In this document: positions 1 through 8,249 of the stretch, in pieces
Position numbering within the stretch: position 1 is the first letter of the stretch
Layout of the letters: each line of letters begins with the position of its first letter
NCBI RefSeq assembly: GCF_000020025.1
Contig: NC_010628.1
Span: forward strand, 4,230,001-4,262,000
Length of the DNA stretch: 32,000 nt
Origin: Nostoc punctiforme PCC 73102
Lineage (GTDB): Bacteria; Cyanobacteriota; Cyanobacteriia; Cyanobacteriales; Nostocaceae
Direction of reading: 5' to 3'
Notes under the pieces: model-generated
The model's input: the letters and a program-made list of their open reading frames with translations, nothing else
What the model was told of the DNA's origin: nothing
Databases searched by the model: none
Program-made: the position numbers and the translations under genes

Positions 1-16
1 ATGATAATCAAATAGT

Positions 17-51
17 GGGGGAGGAGGCAAGCTTCTCTTGCCTTCTCCCCC
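17..51. other. Hairpin with a 15-bp stem and 5-nt loop, nested in a 9-bp outer inverted repeat (1-9 / 65-73)
   Basis: GGGGGAGGAGGCAAG (17-31) and CTTGCCTTCTCCCCC (37-51) are reverse complements with one G:U-type mismatch. ATGATAATC (1-9) pairs with GATTATCAT (65-73). The structure lies at the window edge, so its context is unknown. Confidence 0.5.
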
Positions 52-463
52 TCTCCCCATACACGATTATCATTCTTATTAAGACTATTTTGAGTATTTT
101 AGCTGATTGACAAAAGGCGCTTTATTCTAACCTCTTACGGATGGGCCCAGACTAGTTTTTGCGTAATGCTTCAAGAGAGTACAAAATTAATAACCTAAGT
201 TGCTAGCGATCGCAAAGTACTTTTTTTAAGTACAAAACTTAATTCTTAGTATCTAAACACTACTTAAAAAATAGCTTTTGATACAAAATTAATACTGTTT
301 ATAGGTACTAACTAGCAACTTATGTTAATAGTGTTTGAGGCAGTATAAGACTTATATTTGATTTTTGAGAAACTAAGCTGCCTAGAAGCTTGACACATCA
401 AGCTTTCCTTGTGAGTATAATGAGGAAAATGTAAGATTCCTACGTTAGTGGCTAACTAACAAC

Positions 464-703
464 TTAGTCAAGTCCCAAAGTTGCTAGTGTTATTGTTTTT
501 ATTGTCAAGATAGCTGTTGTTTCTGTTGTTGGTATAGCTGTTGTTGTTGTAGCCGTTACTGTTGTTACTGTTATTATTGTTGAATTGAGTCCACCCTGAA
601 TGCTGAGAGCATCACTTTCAGACAATTGGTCCAAATAGCTTTCGGAATCATCAAATAATTCACTGCCAGTAACGGATAGATTATCAATTTTTATTGTACT
701 CAT
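464..703 (-). CDS. Double-glycine-leader RiPP/bacteriocin precursor (family A) with a Thr-rich, Cys-free core
   Basis: 79 aa. The 38-aa leader MSTIKIDNLSVTGSELFDDSESYLDQLSESDALSIQGG fits the LSxxELxxIxGG pattern. It is paralogous to the leaders of ORFs 1435-1626 and 1800-2021. The 41-aa core has 17 Thr, 1 Ser and 0 Cys. AAGGAGA lies 8 nt upstream of the ATG. Confidence 0.75.
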   Translation of the reverse strand: MSTIKIDNLSVTGSELFDDSESYLDQLSESDALSIQGGLNSTIITVTTVTATTTTAIPTTETTAILTIKTITLATLGLD

Positions 704-1115
704 TGCTTTATCTCCTTTGAAGAATTATTCAGGTTGCATAGGTATTAATTGCTGTATTTACCAATACTTACCTGAAAATATCTATATCTTAAAAGTTAAG
801 ATTAGCAAATTCAATTTACAAAATTACTTTTTGATGACATAATTATTTCATTATTAGCTTAATTTTAAATATAAAAAAAGTTTTTAGACAAATTGAAGAG
901 TTTGCTTTTAATATAAGACATTAACAAGGCTCATCTCTATTATTATGGGTAAAATAATCTAGGAGAAATCCAATTATAAAATTATAGTATATTAAAAAGA
1001 GACAAAACTAATTCATTTATGCGATCGCAAATTTTAAATCTGAGCAAAAACTAGAAAAAAATCAGCCCAAAATCCCTCTTGGACTGAACGATAAAAATTT
1101 AGATTTTGACTTTGT

Positions 1116-1304
1116 TCAAAGTAGTTCACTGTTTGAATTCGCTTCTTTCTGCTCAATATGTTGGCTCTGTTGTTGGCGACCTAGATATGAATCTTTATCG
1201 TTCTTACCTACAATGTATCCAAAGGCTGCACTTCCAATAGCTAGGAACAACAGTAGAACAATGCCTTCGTAACCATTGGGTTGATAAACAGGAGGCTGAC
1301 TCAT
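1116..1304 (-). CDS. Small single-pass membrane protein with a core-peptide-like segment (candidate immunity or leaderless paralogue)
   Basis: 62 aa with a hydrophobic stretch GIVLLLFLAIGSAAFGYIV. LAIGSAAFGYIVGKNDK matches the C-terminus LGLASAALGYAVGRNDR of the adjacent precursor at 10 of 17 positions. It has no double-glycine leader. Confidence 0.5.
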   Translation of the reverse strand: MSQPPVYQPNGYEGIVLLLFLAIGSAAFGYIVGKNDKDSYLGRQQQSQHIEQKEANSNSELL

Positions 1305-1434
1305 AAATTAATTTCCCGTTAATACAACTAAAAATTTACCTTAAATGCAGAGTGAAGGACATGAGTATTAAGACTAAGCCCTTCACTAAATGAACTGAAA
1401 ATTTTTGAATGATCTACAGAGGGATTATAGCTTA

Positions 1435-1626
1435 CTAGCGATCGTTACGACCCACTGCATATCCTAGTGCAGCAGAAGCTAAACCAAGGCTGATAAGTGC
1501 AAAAATGGTGAAACCACCATGAGATGATCCTGCTTGTTCATCAGATAGCTCGTTGAGAAAGCTTTCCTGATCTATAAAAAGAGATGAACCGGCTGGTTTA
1601 ATGTCGCTAATACAAATGGTTGCCAT
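1435..1626 (-). CDS. Double-glycine-leader RiPP/bacteriocin precursor (family A), hydrophobic 25-aa core
   Basis: 63 aa. The leader is MATICISDIKPAGSSLFIDQESFLNELSDEQAGSSHGG and the core is FTIFALISLGLASAALGYAVGRNDR. AAGGAAA lies upstream of the ATG. Confidence 0.75.
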   Translation of the reverse strand: MATICISDIKPAGSSLFIDQESFLNELSDEQAGSSHGGFTIFALISLGLASAALGYAVGRNDR

Positions 1627-1677
1627 GATTGAATTTCCTTTTATTTCAATTAAGCGAAAAGTGGTTTTTGCTGATTG

Positions 1678-1715
1678 CTAAACCTACATATATATAGGAA
1701 ATAATGTAGGTTTAG
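1678..1715 (-). other. Perfect 12-bp stem hairpin between two precursor genes (possible attenuator or processing site)
   Basis: CTAAACCTACAT (1678-1689) and ATGTAGGTTTAG (1704-1715) are exact reverse complements with a 14-nt loop. No clear U-tract follows on the minus strand. Confidence 0.4.
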
Positions 1716-1799
1716 AATAGTCTTGCTAAATCAATCAGACTTTTTAAACTACATACAAATGCTTCTTAACCTGTTCAAAATATTTAGAACAAGCAGAGT

Positions 1800-2021
1800 T
1801 TAGTAGTAGCGACCTTTAATGTAGGAAGCAACAAAAGTAACACCAACAACAGTAAGACCAATGCTTAAACAAGCTCCACTACTAGCTGTAGTGATAACTG
1901 TCCAAATAGCACCACCTTGATTACCTAATTCATCTTCAGTTAAAGACATCAGATAGCTTTCTTGATCGGCAAACAAATCGTAACCGGCTGGGCGTAAATC
2001 GGAAATTTTGATAGTAGCCAT
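1800..2021 (-). CDS. Double-glycine-leader RiPP/bacteriocin precursor (family A), 36-aa Ser/Thr-containing core with one Cys
   Basis: 73 aa. The leader is MATIKISDLRPAGYDLFADQESYLMSLTEDELGNQGG and the core is AIWTVITTASSGACLSIGLTVVGVTFVASYIKGRYY. AAGGAAAG lies upstream of the ATG. Confidence 0.75.
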   Translation of the reverse strand: MATIKISDLRPAGYDLFADQESYLMSLTEDELGNQGGAIWTVITTASSGACLSIGLTVVGVTFVASYIKGRYY

Positions 2022-2301
2022 CAGATGCTTTCCTTTGATTATCTAATTAATTATGCTTAGTAATAATCAGATATTTTCCTGATTTATTACATATTTATTG
2101 TATTTTTTAAATAGCTATAACTCAATACAAAAAACTAATTTAGCTTGACACAATAAAAACATTAATGTCCCATATATAAAATATATTTAGTTGGTATAAA
2201 TTTTTTGTCTTGCTATTTTTAAACCAATAAAATATCTGCCTTTTAAGACAAGAGGCAGATATTGATAAACAATAACAAATTAAACGTAAAATTTAACGAA
2301 A

Positions 2302-3057
2302 TCAAGCATCAGGAGTAGAAGCCGTTCTCTCTTCTAGCCAATTTATGAAGAGAAATTCTAAAATCTGCTCTCTGATTTCACTCAAGTCAGATGGAAACCA
2401 CTTCTCAACTCTAAGGATGTGATAACCAAGTTGAGTTTGAATTGGGCCTACTAATTCACCTACATCAATATCAGCAATAGCATTTGTAATCTCCGGTAAC
2501 AATTCTGTTAAAAACCGAATACCAACAAAAGCACCATTTTCTTTAGACTGCTTACCCTGAGAGTATTCTAAAGCTAATGCACAAAAAGAATCTTTTTTGT
2601 CCCGAAGCGCTTTAGTGATTTTCATTGCTTCTGTCAAATCACGAACAAGGATCTGAGACAAAGCCACCCGCTTATAACTATCCCGGTTATTTATATAATG
2701 ATCGTCCACCGCCACACCGAAAAGATGTTCTTTCAACTTTTGAGATAGCAATGATATGCGAATGATTTCCGACCAATCCTCTACACTAATGCGCTGATGT
2801 GCTAGCCATGCCAGAGTTTCAGATGTTCCCAGCAATTTGTTTTCTTGGCGAAATGTATCGCCTGCTGCTTGTAACTCTTCGTCTGTCACTTTAATATCTA
2901 GCTGTTCGCATAGTTTCAAAGTCAGAATATTTCTTTCAGCAGCAACAGCAATTTCAGCTATTTTGCAAGAATGGCGCAGGTAAGCAAGGATATCTTCATC
3001 ACGTGCAGGTGTAATTTCTGGAAATGTAAGTTTTTCTAAAGAGTGTTGCATGGTCAT
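2302..3057 (-). CDS. Parvulin-type peptidyl-prolyl cis-trans isomerase (PpiC/SurA-like) with an N-terminal helical domain
   Basis: 251 aa. The C-terminal GAFVGIRFLTELLPEITNAIADIDVGELVGPIQTQLGYHILRVEKW resembles the rotamase consensus (G..G.f......pe...a.f.l..Ge..gPv.t..GyHii.v). Confidence 0.7.
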   Translation of the reverse strand: MTMQHSLEKLTFPEITPARDEDILAYLRHSCKIAEIAVAAERNILTLKLCEQLDIKVTDEELQAAGDTFRQENKLLGTSETLAWLAHQRISVEDWSEIIRISLLSQKLKEHLFGVAVDDHYINNRDSYKRVALSQILVRDLTEAMKITKALRDKKDSFCALALEYSQGKQSKENGAFVGIRFLTELLPEITNAIADIDVGELVGPIQTQLGYHILRVEKWFPSDLSEIREQILEFLFINWLEERTASTPDA

Positions 3058-3151
3058 AGTATGTAATTCTGATCAAAATACATAATTTGTATCTTGTTGT
3101 GCAGTTATAGCCAGAAAATATTAACTATTAACTGCCTTGTATTTTTTTGAT

Positions 3152-4168
3152 TTAGGAGCGATAAATCAAGTTTTCTGGCAAAATATTTTTGATAGAAAGT
3201 TGATTGCGGTGTAAATCTCCATACAAATTCAGGTAATTAATTTCGGCAGGCGTAAGTTTGCCTTGCTTGACACTAGAAATGGCTGCATCAATTTCTTCCC
3301 GACGTTGCCATCCAGCCAAGCAAACATCTACACAGTTCTGGCTTAAAGAGTAGCGATATAAATCAGGTACTGAAGGCTGCCAACAATTTTCTGGCAGACC
3401 TTGGGGAGGGTTCCAAAGAGCGCCTGTATGAGAGCCTGTAGATTTAAAAGTAACGATACCTGGTCTATGAGAGTCTTGGGAGTCTAGTTGATTAAACAGT
3501 TGCGATTGAGCAGACTTATGAGCAACATTGTGTCTAACCATTACTACATCTAATAAAGGGCTGTTAGACCATTGTTGAGCCAGATTCATATCATGAAAAG
3601 ATGCTCCGACATAGCGAACAGCTCCCATTTTCTTAAGGCGTTCTGAAATTCCAACTATTTTTTCAATACTACGCTGATATACAGAATTAGCTCCTTTTAA
3701 ATCAGGAGACAGCTGTAAACAATCTTGTAAAGCTGACCCATCCTTAGAACCGATCCAGCCCCAGAAAAACACATCAATATAGTCAATACCTAATTCTACA
3801 AACTGATCGAGCAGTGCTGCGATCGCCATGTCTGGACTTTTAATGTAAGTTACTGTCGCTAGCACTACTTTCTCTCGCACCAAGGAACCACGTCCACACA
3901 TCTGGCGCAGTGCTCCAGCCATTGAGCTATAGATATAATGGTGCAGGTCACTGGAGTAAAAAAAGTAGTTAATTCCTTGGTCAAAGGCGTAAAGCGTATC
4001 CTCACTGGAAATGCTTCCACCACCTCCTAAGCCAAGACAGCTAACTGTTAAGTCAGTTCGCCCTAATTTTCGGTAGAAAGGTAAATCTGATTTTGGGAAT
4101 TTAGCATTTAGAGAATCAACTCCATCTGATTTGATTAAGGATTGTGGCGTAAGATTAGTTATTAGCAT
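3152..4168 (-). CDS. Aldo/keto-reductase-like oxidoreductase
   Basis: 338 aa. The N-terminal YRKLGRTDLTVSCLGLGGG is like the AKR start motif. Later IDYIDVFFWGW and VRYVGASFH resemble AKR TIM-barrel strands. Its ATG overlaps the stop of the upstream HopA1-like gene by 7 nt (ATGCTAA). Confidence 0.6.
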   Translation of the reverse strand: MLITNLTPQSLIKSDGVDSLNAKFPKSDLPFYRKLGRTDLTVSCLGLGGGGSISSEDTLYAFDQGINYFFYSSDLHHYIYSSMAGALRQMCGRGSLVREKVVLATVTYIKSPDMAIAALLDQFVELGIDYIDVFFWGWIGSKDGSALQDCLQLSPDLKGANSVYQRSIEKIVGISERLKKMGAVRYVGASFHDMNLAQQWSNSPLLDVVMVRHNVAHKSAQSQLFNQLDSQDSHRPGIVTFKSTGSHTGALWNPPQGLPENCWQPSVPDLYRYSLSQNCVDVCLAGWQRREEIDAAISSVKQGKLTPAEINYLNLYGDLHRNQLSIKNILPENLIYRS

Positions 4169-5280
4169 TCGTTCAATAACTGATAAATATTTTCCGAGTT
4201 AGCATTCAAGTAGACAGATTGCAAATCAATTCCCGCTAGAGAAAATTGCTCATGGATAGCCTGCATCCGTCCCTCTGGGGAGTCATCTCCTTGATACCAA
4301 GCTTTTAGTAATCCATTCGCCACAATCTGACAACGATTCATCCCAAAACTTTCCTGTTCAGCAAACTTTTTGTCTGGTTCTTCTGCTAACCCTAATCCTG
4401 GTAGAAGCTGCATCGTGAATAAAGGAACCTCTGGCTGAAAATAAGATTTATTTTCTCTATATACAACTTGTAAAACTTCTTTAACTACCTGATAATCCCT
4501 CTTATCAAAATACAAAACCCCTGAATCATGCCGTCCATAATCTTTTGGATTATACAAAACCTTAAAACTAAAAGGAATTGCTAACTTATTCAGTTGCTGT
4601 GTCAGACTCCTCATTACTGTCACAGCACCTTCAGGAGTCAAATTAAAATAGATTCGCACAGTTACTAATGGGTCGTTAGCATCCAGTAAACGAGTAAATC
4701 CTTGATTACCAACTGCCATATAAAAGCCATTTTGTACCCGATTTTTAGGCATCCGAATAGCTACCATATCACCTACTTTAGCGTCTTGGTCAATAGCTTG
4801 AAGATGCTTTTCAGGATGAATATGTAACCTCAAACCACCCTTTGTTACTACTAAACTACCGTCTATTTCTTCTTTAATAACAGACCAACCAAGGTCAAAA
4901 TTGCTGTCTCCACAATTACTTTCATGTAATTGCTCATACAATTCCAAATCTATTCCTAGAAAAGTATTATTTTCCAAATCTATGAGCAAACTATTTTCTT
5001 CTCCATCTAGTGCTAAAGCACTTCGCATAGAACCGTTGTAATATATCCCATAGAGAAAAGCCCGCAATTGCAGACTCAGATATTTCTGTTGCATCTGGGG
5101 TGGCATATTCTGAAAACGTTCAACTATCTCAGATGATAATTCCAAAGGTTTGTAATCTGGATGGTGGATGGAAAAATCAGATTTTATCTCAATTTTTTGA
5201 GCAATATCTTGTAAAACATCCAGTAATTGCCCAGTTAATCCAACCTCTAATTGAGTTTGGGAAGAATTTAATAATTGCAT
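4162..5280 (-). CDS. HopA1-effector-family-like protein (candidate phospho-Ser/Thr lyase partner of the adjacent kinase)
   Basis: 372 aa. Motifs I recall from HopA1-family proteins are present: VRIYFNL, FKVLYNPKDYGRHDSGVLYF, GLAEEP....ESFGMNRC. It is immediately downstream (28-nt gap) of an APH-like kinase, as in known kinase/HopA1-like dehydratase pairs. The assignment is from memory and needs an HMM check. Confidence 0.55.
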   Translation of the reverse strand: MQLLNSSQTQLEVGLTGQLLDVLQDIAQKIEIKSDFSIHHPDYKPLELSSEIVERFQNMPPQMQQKYLSLQLRAFLYGIYYNGSMRSALALDGEENSLLIDLENNTFLGIDLELYEQLHESNCGDSNFDLGWSVIKEEIDGSLVVTKGGLRLHIHPEKHLQAIDQDAKVGDMVAIRMPKNRVQNGFYMAVGNQGFTRLLDANDPLVTVRIYFNLTPEGAVTVMRSLTQQLNKLAIPFSFKVLYNPKDYGRHDSGVLYFDKRDYQVVKEVLQVVYRENKSYFQPEVPLFTMQLLPGLGLAEEPDKKFAEQESFGMNRCQIVANGLLKAWYQGDDSPEGRMQAIHEQFSLAGIDLQSVYLNANSENIYQLLNEC

Positions 5281-5308
5281 AATTTTTATTTAGTAATCAC
5301 AAAATGAT

Positions 5309-6469
5309 TTAAACAGGAGAATTATTTAGATGGCCTAATTCAACAGCAGCAGCACCAAAAATTGTTGGCATCGATTGTACAGGACGGCTTAATAACGTCT
5401 TAGCAACCTGAAGCATAGCAATCCCCATATTGCCAAAAGATTTTTGATATTGAATCATCGCCTGAATTTGTTGAATCAACGTAAAACCCGTAAATTGCAC
5501 TACCCGTTGCAAGAAATCAGAGCGGTGGTCTAGAATTTCTGGAAAAGTCTTCAAATAAGCTTGGGTTAATGTACTAATTGAAGGCTGAAGTACTTCTAAA
5601 GGTGTAATTGCCAAACGTAGAGACTCTTCAATACTCAAAGAATTACTAATAACCAAGCTACCCAACCAGATTTGGACATAGCTGCTAATTAGTGTTCCTA
5701 AATCAAAAGCTGGATCTCCCCAAGCAGAGCGTTCCCAATCTATTAGCCGGACAATATTGTTACTAGAATCTTGCCAATCTTTGTGCAGGAGAATATTATT
5801 TAGTTTTAAATCATTATGGGTGAGACAAGAGGGTGTTACAGCATTGCCCAATTCGGCGATCGCTTGCCCCAAGCTATCATAACGTTGATAGAGAGCAAAA
5901 AACTTTAACCCATCGCTAGGAACTATACCAAAAATTTCCGGTTCAACCCGTTCTAATCTGCGAACTAAATGTAATACTTGATCGCCCATTAAATTATCTG
6001 AATTTTTAGTAAAGAATTCCTGATATTCTTGGCGGTTGAAAGTATCACGATGGATAGTCCCTAAAATATTACCAATTGCCGTAGCGATTTCTATATTAAA
6101 GCTATTTCCCTTGGTATAAAAATCCATTAAATCCCGATAATCATCGAAATATTTAAAGACAATAATGGAATTTTCGACATCAAAATGCAGTACTTCTGGT
6201 AAAAATGAACGGTAGTTGCTAAGGTTTGGAAATTGTTGTAAAAACTCTTGAATTCGCCACTCAATTAAAAATTCACCAGCCGCTTTCCCTTCGGGATTGT
6301 GTCGTTCTTGTTTAACTAAAAGTTTGCGATCGCCTGGTAAAGTCACTAATAAGTTGAAATTCTTGGCTGTAAGTTGTTCTATTTTAGCGGGAGGTTGCTC
6401 GGATTGATTACATAATCCTTTTTCAAGCAAATAATTGAAAACATTCTGTGAATTTAAGATAAATGTCAT
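5309..6469 (-). CDS. Aminoglycoside-phosphotransferase (APH)/MtnK-like kinase-fold protein
   Basis: 386 aa. It has the catalytic-loop-like LTHNDLKLNNILL (HxDxxxxN) and the metal-binding IDWERSAWGDPAFDLG (DWE...GDP..DL) characteristic of the APH/choline-kinase fold. Confidence 0.8.
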   Translation of the reverse strand: MTFILNSQNVFNYLLEKGLCNQSEQPPAKIEQLTAKNFNLLVTLPGDRKLLVKQERHNPEGKAAGEFLIEWRIQEFLQQFPNLSNYRSFLPEVLHFDVENSIIVFKYFDDYRDLMDFYTKGNSFNIEIATAIGNILGTIHRDTFNRQEYQEFFTKNSDNLMGDQVLHLVRRLERVEPEIFGIVPSDGLKFFALYQRYDSLGQAIAELGNAVTPSCLTHNDLKLNNILLHKDWQDSSNNIVRLIDWERSAWGDPAFDLGTLISSYVQIWLGSLVISNSLSIEESLRLAITPLEVLQPSISTLTQAYLKTFPEILDHRSDFLQRVVQFTGFTLIQQIQAMIQYQKSFGNMGIAMLQVAKTLLSRPVQSMPTIFGAAAVELGHLNNSPV

Positions 6470-6482
6470 AGGTCTTAATCAA

Positions 6483-6683
6483 TTAGTTGTAACTTTTGAA
6501 GATACCAGCTTCCTTCTCAATGCGATCTAAAGCCTTCTTTGCTCTAAAAATCAGCCGCAAATAGTTTAACTGACTATTCCAAGCTGAACGAGGTAACAGG
6601 GTTAGTAAAGGCTCTACCTCATTCTGGGATTGTTCAATATGAGTAATATTCGGATCTTCTGGAGGGATAAATTTACTTGACAT
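6483..6683 (-). CDS. Hypothetical 66-aa protein translationally coupled to the rSAM gene
   Basis: Its ATG lies 1 nt after the rSAM stop (TAA T ATG), and its stop is 13 nt before the kinase ATG. I recognise no motif. Confidence 0.45.
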   Translation of the reverse strand: MSSKFIPPEDPNITHIEQSQNEVEPLLTLLPRSAWNSQLNYLRLIFRAKKALDRIEKEAGIFKSYN

Positions 6684-6684
6684 A

Positions 6685-7974
6685 TTATTTATCTGAATGA
6701 GATTTAGAACTAACTAAGGATGAAACTAATGGTTCTTCTTTCCAACCTTCTGGCCATTGAATGCGATCGCTAGTAAAATGAAGTGGATCGTTTTCAGGCC
6801 AAGCGGTATTAATCGGTTCCTCAATCAGAGCAAACTCGCCATTATCAAAGGGATTTCCATCTGCACGACGTTGAAGAAATACTCGCTCTCGAATACCGCC
6901 TTTTTCCTGAGTGAGGGCGCGATGATGGCAGTAAGGATTGTTACCTCGTTTATCAAAGAAAACGTGAGCAGTCCAACTGCAACCACCTCGACAGAGTTCC
7001 GCAAATTCGCAAGACTTGCAGAAACCCCATAAATGTGATGTTCCTTTGGGAGTATCAGCTTCGAGATTGAACCGTAGTTCTTCAGTTTCTTCAATAATTG
7101 TCCGCAGTGAATGGTCACGGATGTTACCACCAGTGTAGGCTGTGGTCGGTAGTGAGGGACAACCTTTGATAGCACCATCGGCTTCAATACCTAAAGCAGA
7201 CAGTCCAGCGCTACATCCCTGCCAAAATGACCAAGCATCTCCACCCCGTAGCAGTCGTTCATAGGGCCCGTAGTAGCCGATGTTATTCCCAGGCTGTATC
7301 TGCACCCCTTCTTCCTTGGCGCGTTCAGCAACACGAGCAATCATTGGGTATATATCCAATAGTTCGTAAGGTTGCAGCAGAATATCACCATTATCAGCAG
7401 CATTGCCCATCGGTACAGTTAACTGAATTTGCCAAGCGAATACTCCAGCGTCGCGGATACGCTCATAAATTTGGGGAAATTCTGGTGCAGACAGACGATT
7501 GATTTGCGTATTGCAGCCGAAAGGGATACCTGCTTCCTTAAGATTGCTCATGGTCTTAAACGCCCATTGCCACGAGCCTTGTTTGCCCCGCAGACGGTCA
7601 TGAGTTGCTTCTAAGCCATCAACCGACACAGAAACCACGCCAATACCAGCTTCTTTCATCCGGCGGGCTGTGTCTAAGGTGATACCATAACCCCCAGTAG
7701 TCATACCACACAACATCCCAGCTTTAGTAATTGCTTGGGCAATCTCTAACCAGTCAGGACGCAGAAATGCTTCACCACCAATTATGGTTACTTCTGTGAT
7801 TCCAACTTCCGCCATTTGTTTGACTAAATCAAGGGCTTCTGCTGTGGAAAGTTCGTTAGCCCTTGTATGACCCGCACGAGAACCGCAGTGTTGACAGGCT
7901 AGATTACACTTGAGTGTAATTTCCCAAACTGCATAACTAATTCGGCGATAAGTCATAAAAATACCCTCAATCAA
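6685..7974 (-). CDS. Radical SAM enzyme with a full SPASM domain (Nif11-class peptide maturase-like)
   Basis: 429 aa. It has the CNLACQHC (CxxxCxxC) cluster at residues 23-30 and the SPASM signature CSAGLSALGIEADGAIKGC ... CKSCEFAELCRGGC (Cx2Cx5Cx3C). An alternative start at 7956 (MTYRR) has a GAGGG Shine-Dalgarno-like motif. Confidence 0.9.
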   Translation of the reverse strand: MIEGIFMTYRRISYAVWEITLKCNLACQHCGSRAGHTRANELSTAEALDLVKQMAEVGITEVTIIGGEAFLRPDWLEIAQAITKAGMLCGMTTGGYGITLDTARRMKEAGIGVVSVSVDGLEATHDRLRGKQGSWQWAFKTMSNLKEAGIPFGCNTQINRLSAPEFPQIYERIRDAGVFAWQIQLTVPMGNAADNGDILLQPYELLDIYPMIARVAERAKEEGVQIQPGNNIGYYGPYERLLRGGDAWSFWQGCSAGLSALGIEADGAIKGCPSLPTTAYTGGNIRDHSLRTIIEETEELRFNLEADTPKGTSHLWGFCKSCEFAELCRGGCSWTAHVFFDKRGNNPYCHHRALTQEKGGIRERVFLQRRADGNPFDNGEFALIEEPINTAWPENDPLHFTSDRIQWPEGWKEEPLVSSLVSSKSHSDK

Positions 7975-8005
7975 TTAATTTTTCTACAAAGGGACGGATA
8001 AATCC

Positions 8006-8131
8006 CTATCTATCCCTAGTTTTAACTATTTGGTTACATTGTTCTTTGCTATTAACGCTTTCAATTTGATGACGAAACGCTTCATCATTTGCTAGATTTT
8101 CGTAGAAAGCTTTGACATTTTTTATGGGCAT
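8006..8131 (-). pseudogene. Truncated Nif11-type leader paralogue (41 codons, no core peptide)
   Basis: My own translation is MPIKNVKAFYENLANDEAFRHQIESVNSKEQCNQIVKTRDR*. This aligns with residues 1-37 of ORF 8288-8620 (MSLEHVKAFYQKLANDEAFSNQIQGVNSKEECSQIVK). It then runs directly into a copy of that gene's 3' hairpin region. AGGAGA lies upstream of the ATG. Confidence 0.6.
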
Positions 8132-8225
8132 AAGATTCTCCTAACCTTGATTAATTAAATATATTTTTTACTTTTATGCATGATTTTTTTATCTGTCATT
8201 TCGATTCTCTTGTGAATTTATAAAA

Positions 8226-8249
8226 GGACGGACAAGTCCCTATCCGTCC
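8226..8249 (-). terminator. Candidate intrinsic terminator/attenuator after the Nif11 precursor gene
   Basis: The minus strand reads GGACGG-ATAGGGACTTGT-CCGTCC followed by TTTTATAAATT. A diverged copy (7989-8016) follows the truncated leader, just upstream of the rSAM gene. Confidence 0.55.

Noticed and set aside
384-407. Hairpin GAAGCTTGA-caca-TCAAGCTTT downstream of the Thr-rich precursor, considered as a terminator
   Set aside because: The stem is only 9 bp with one mismatch and has no adjacent T-tract on the transcribed strand. It is too weak to call.
5100-5282. 60-aa plus-strand ORF
   Set aside because: It is antisense to the 5' end of the HopA1-like CDS and has no independent support.
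6757-7614. Track ORFs 6757-7032(+), 6825-7187(-), 7227-7502(+) and 7429-7614(+)
   Set aside because: All lie inside the strongly supported rSAM/SPASM CDS, either antisense or in an alternative frame. They have low-complexity, motif-free translations.
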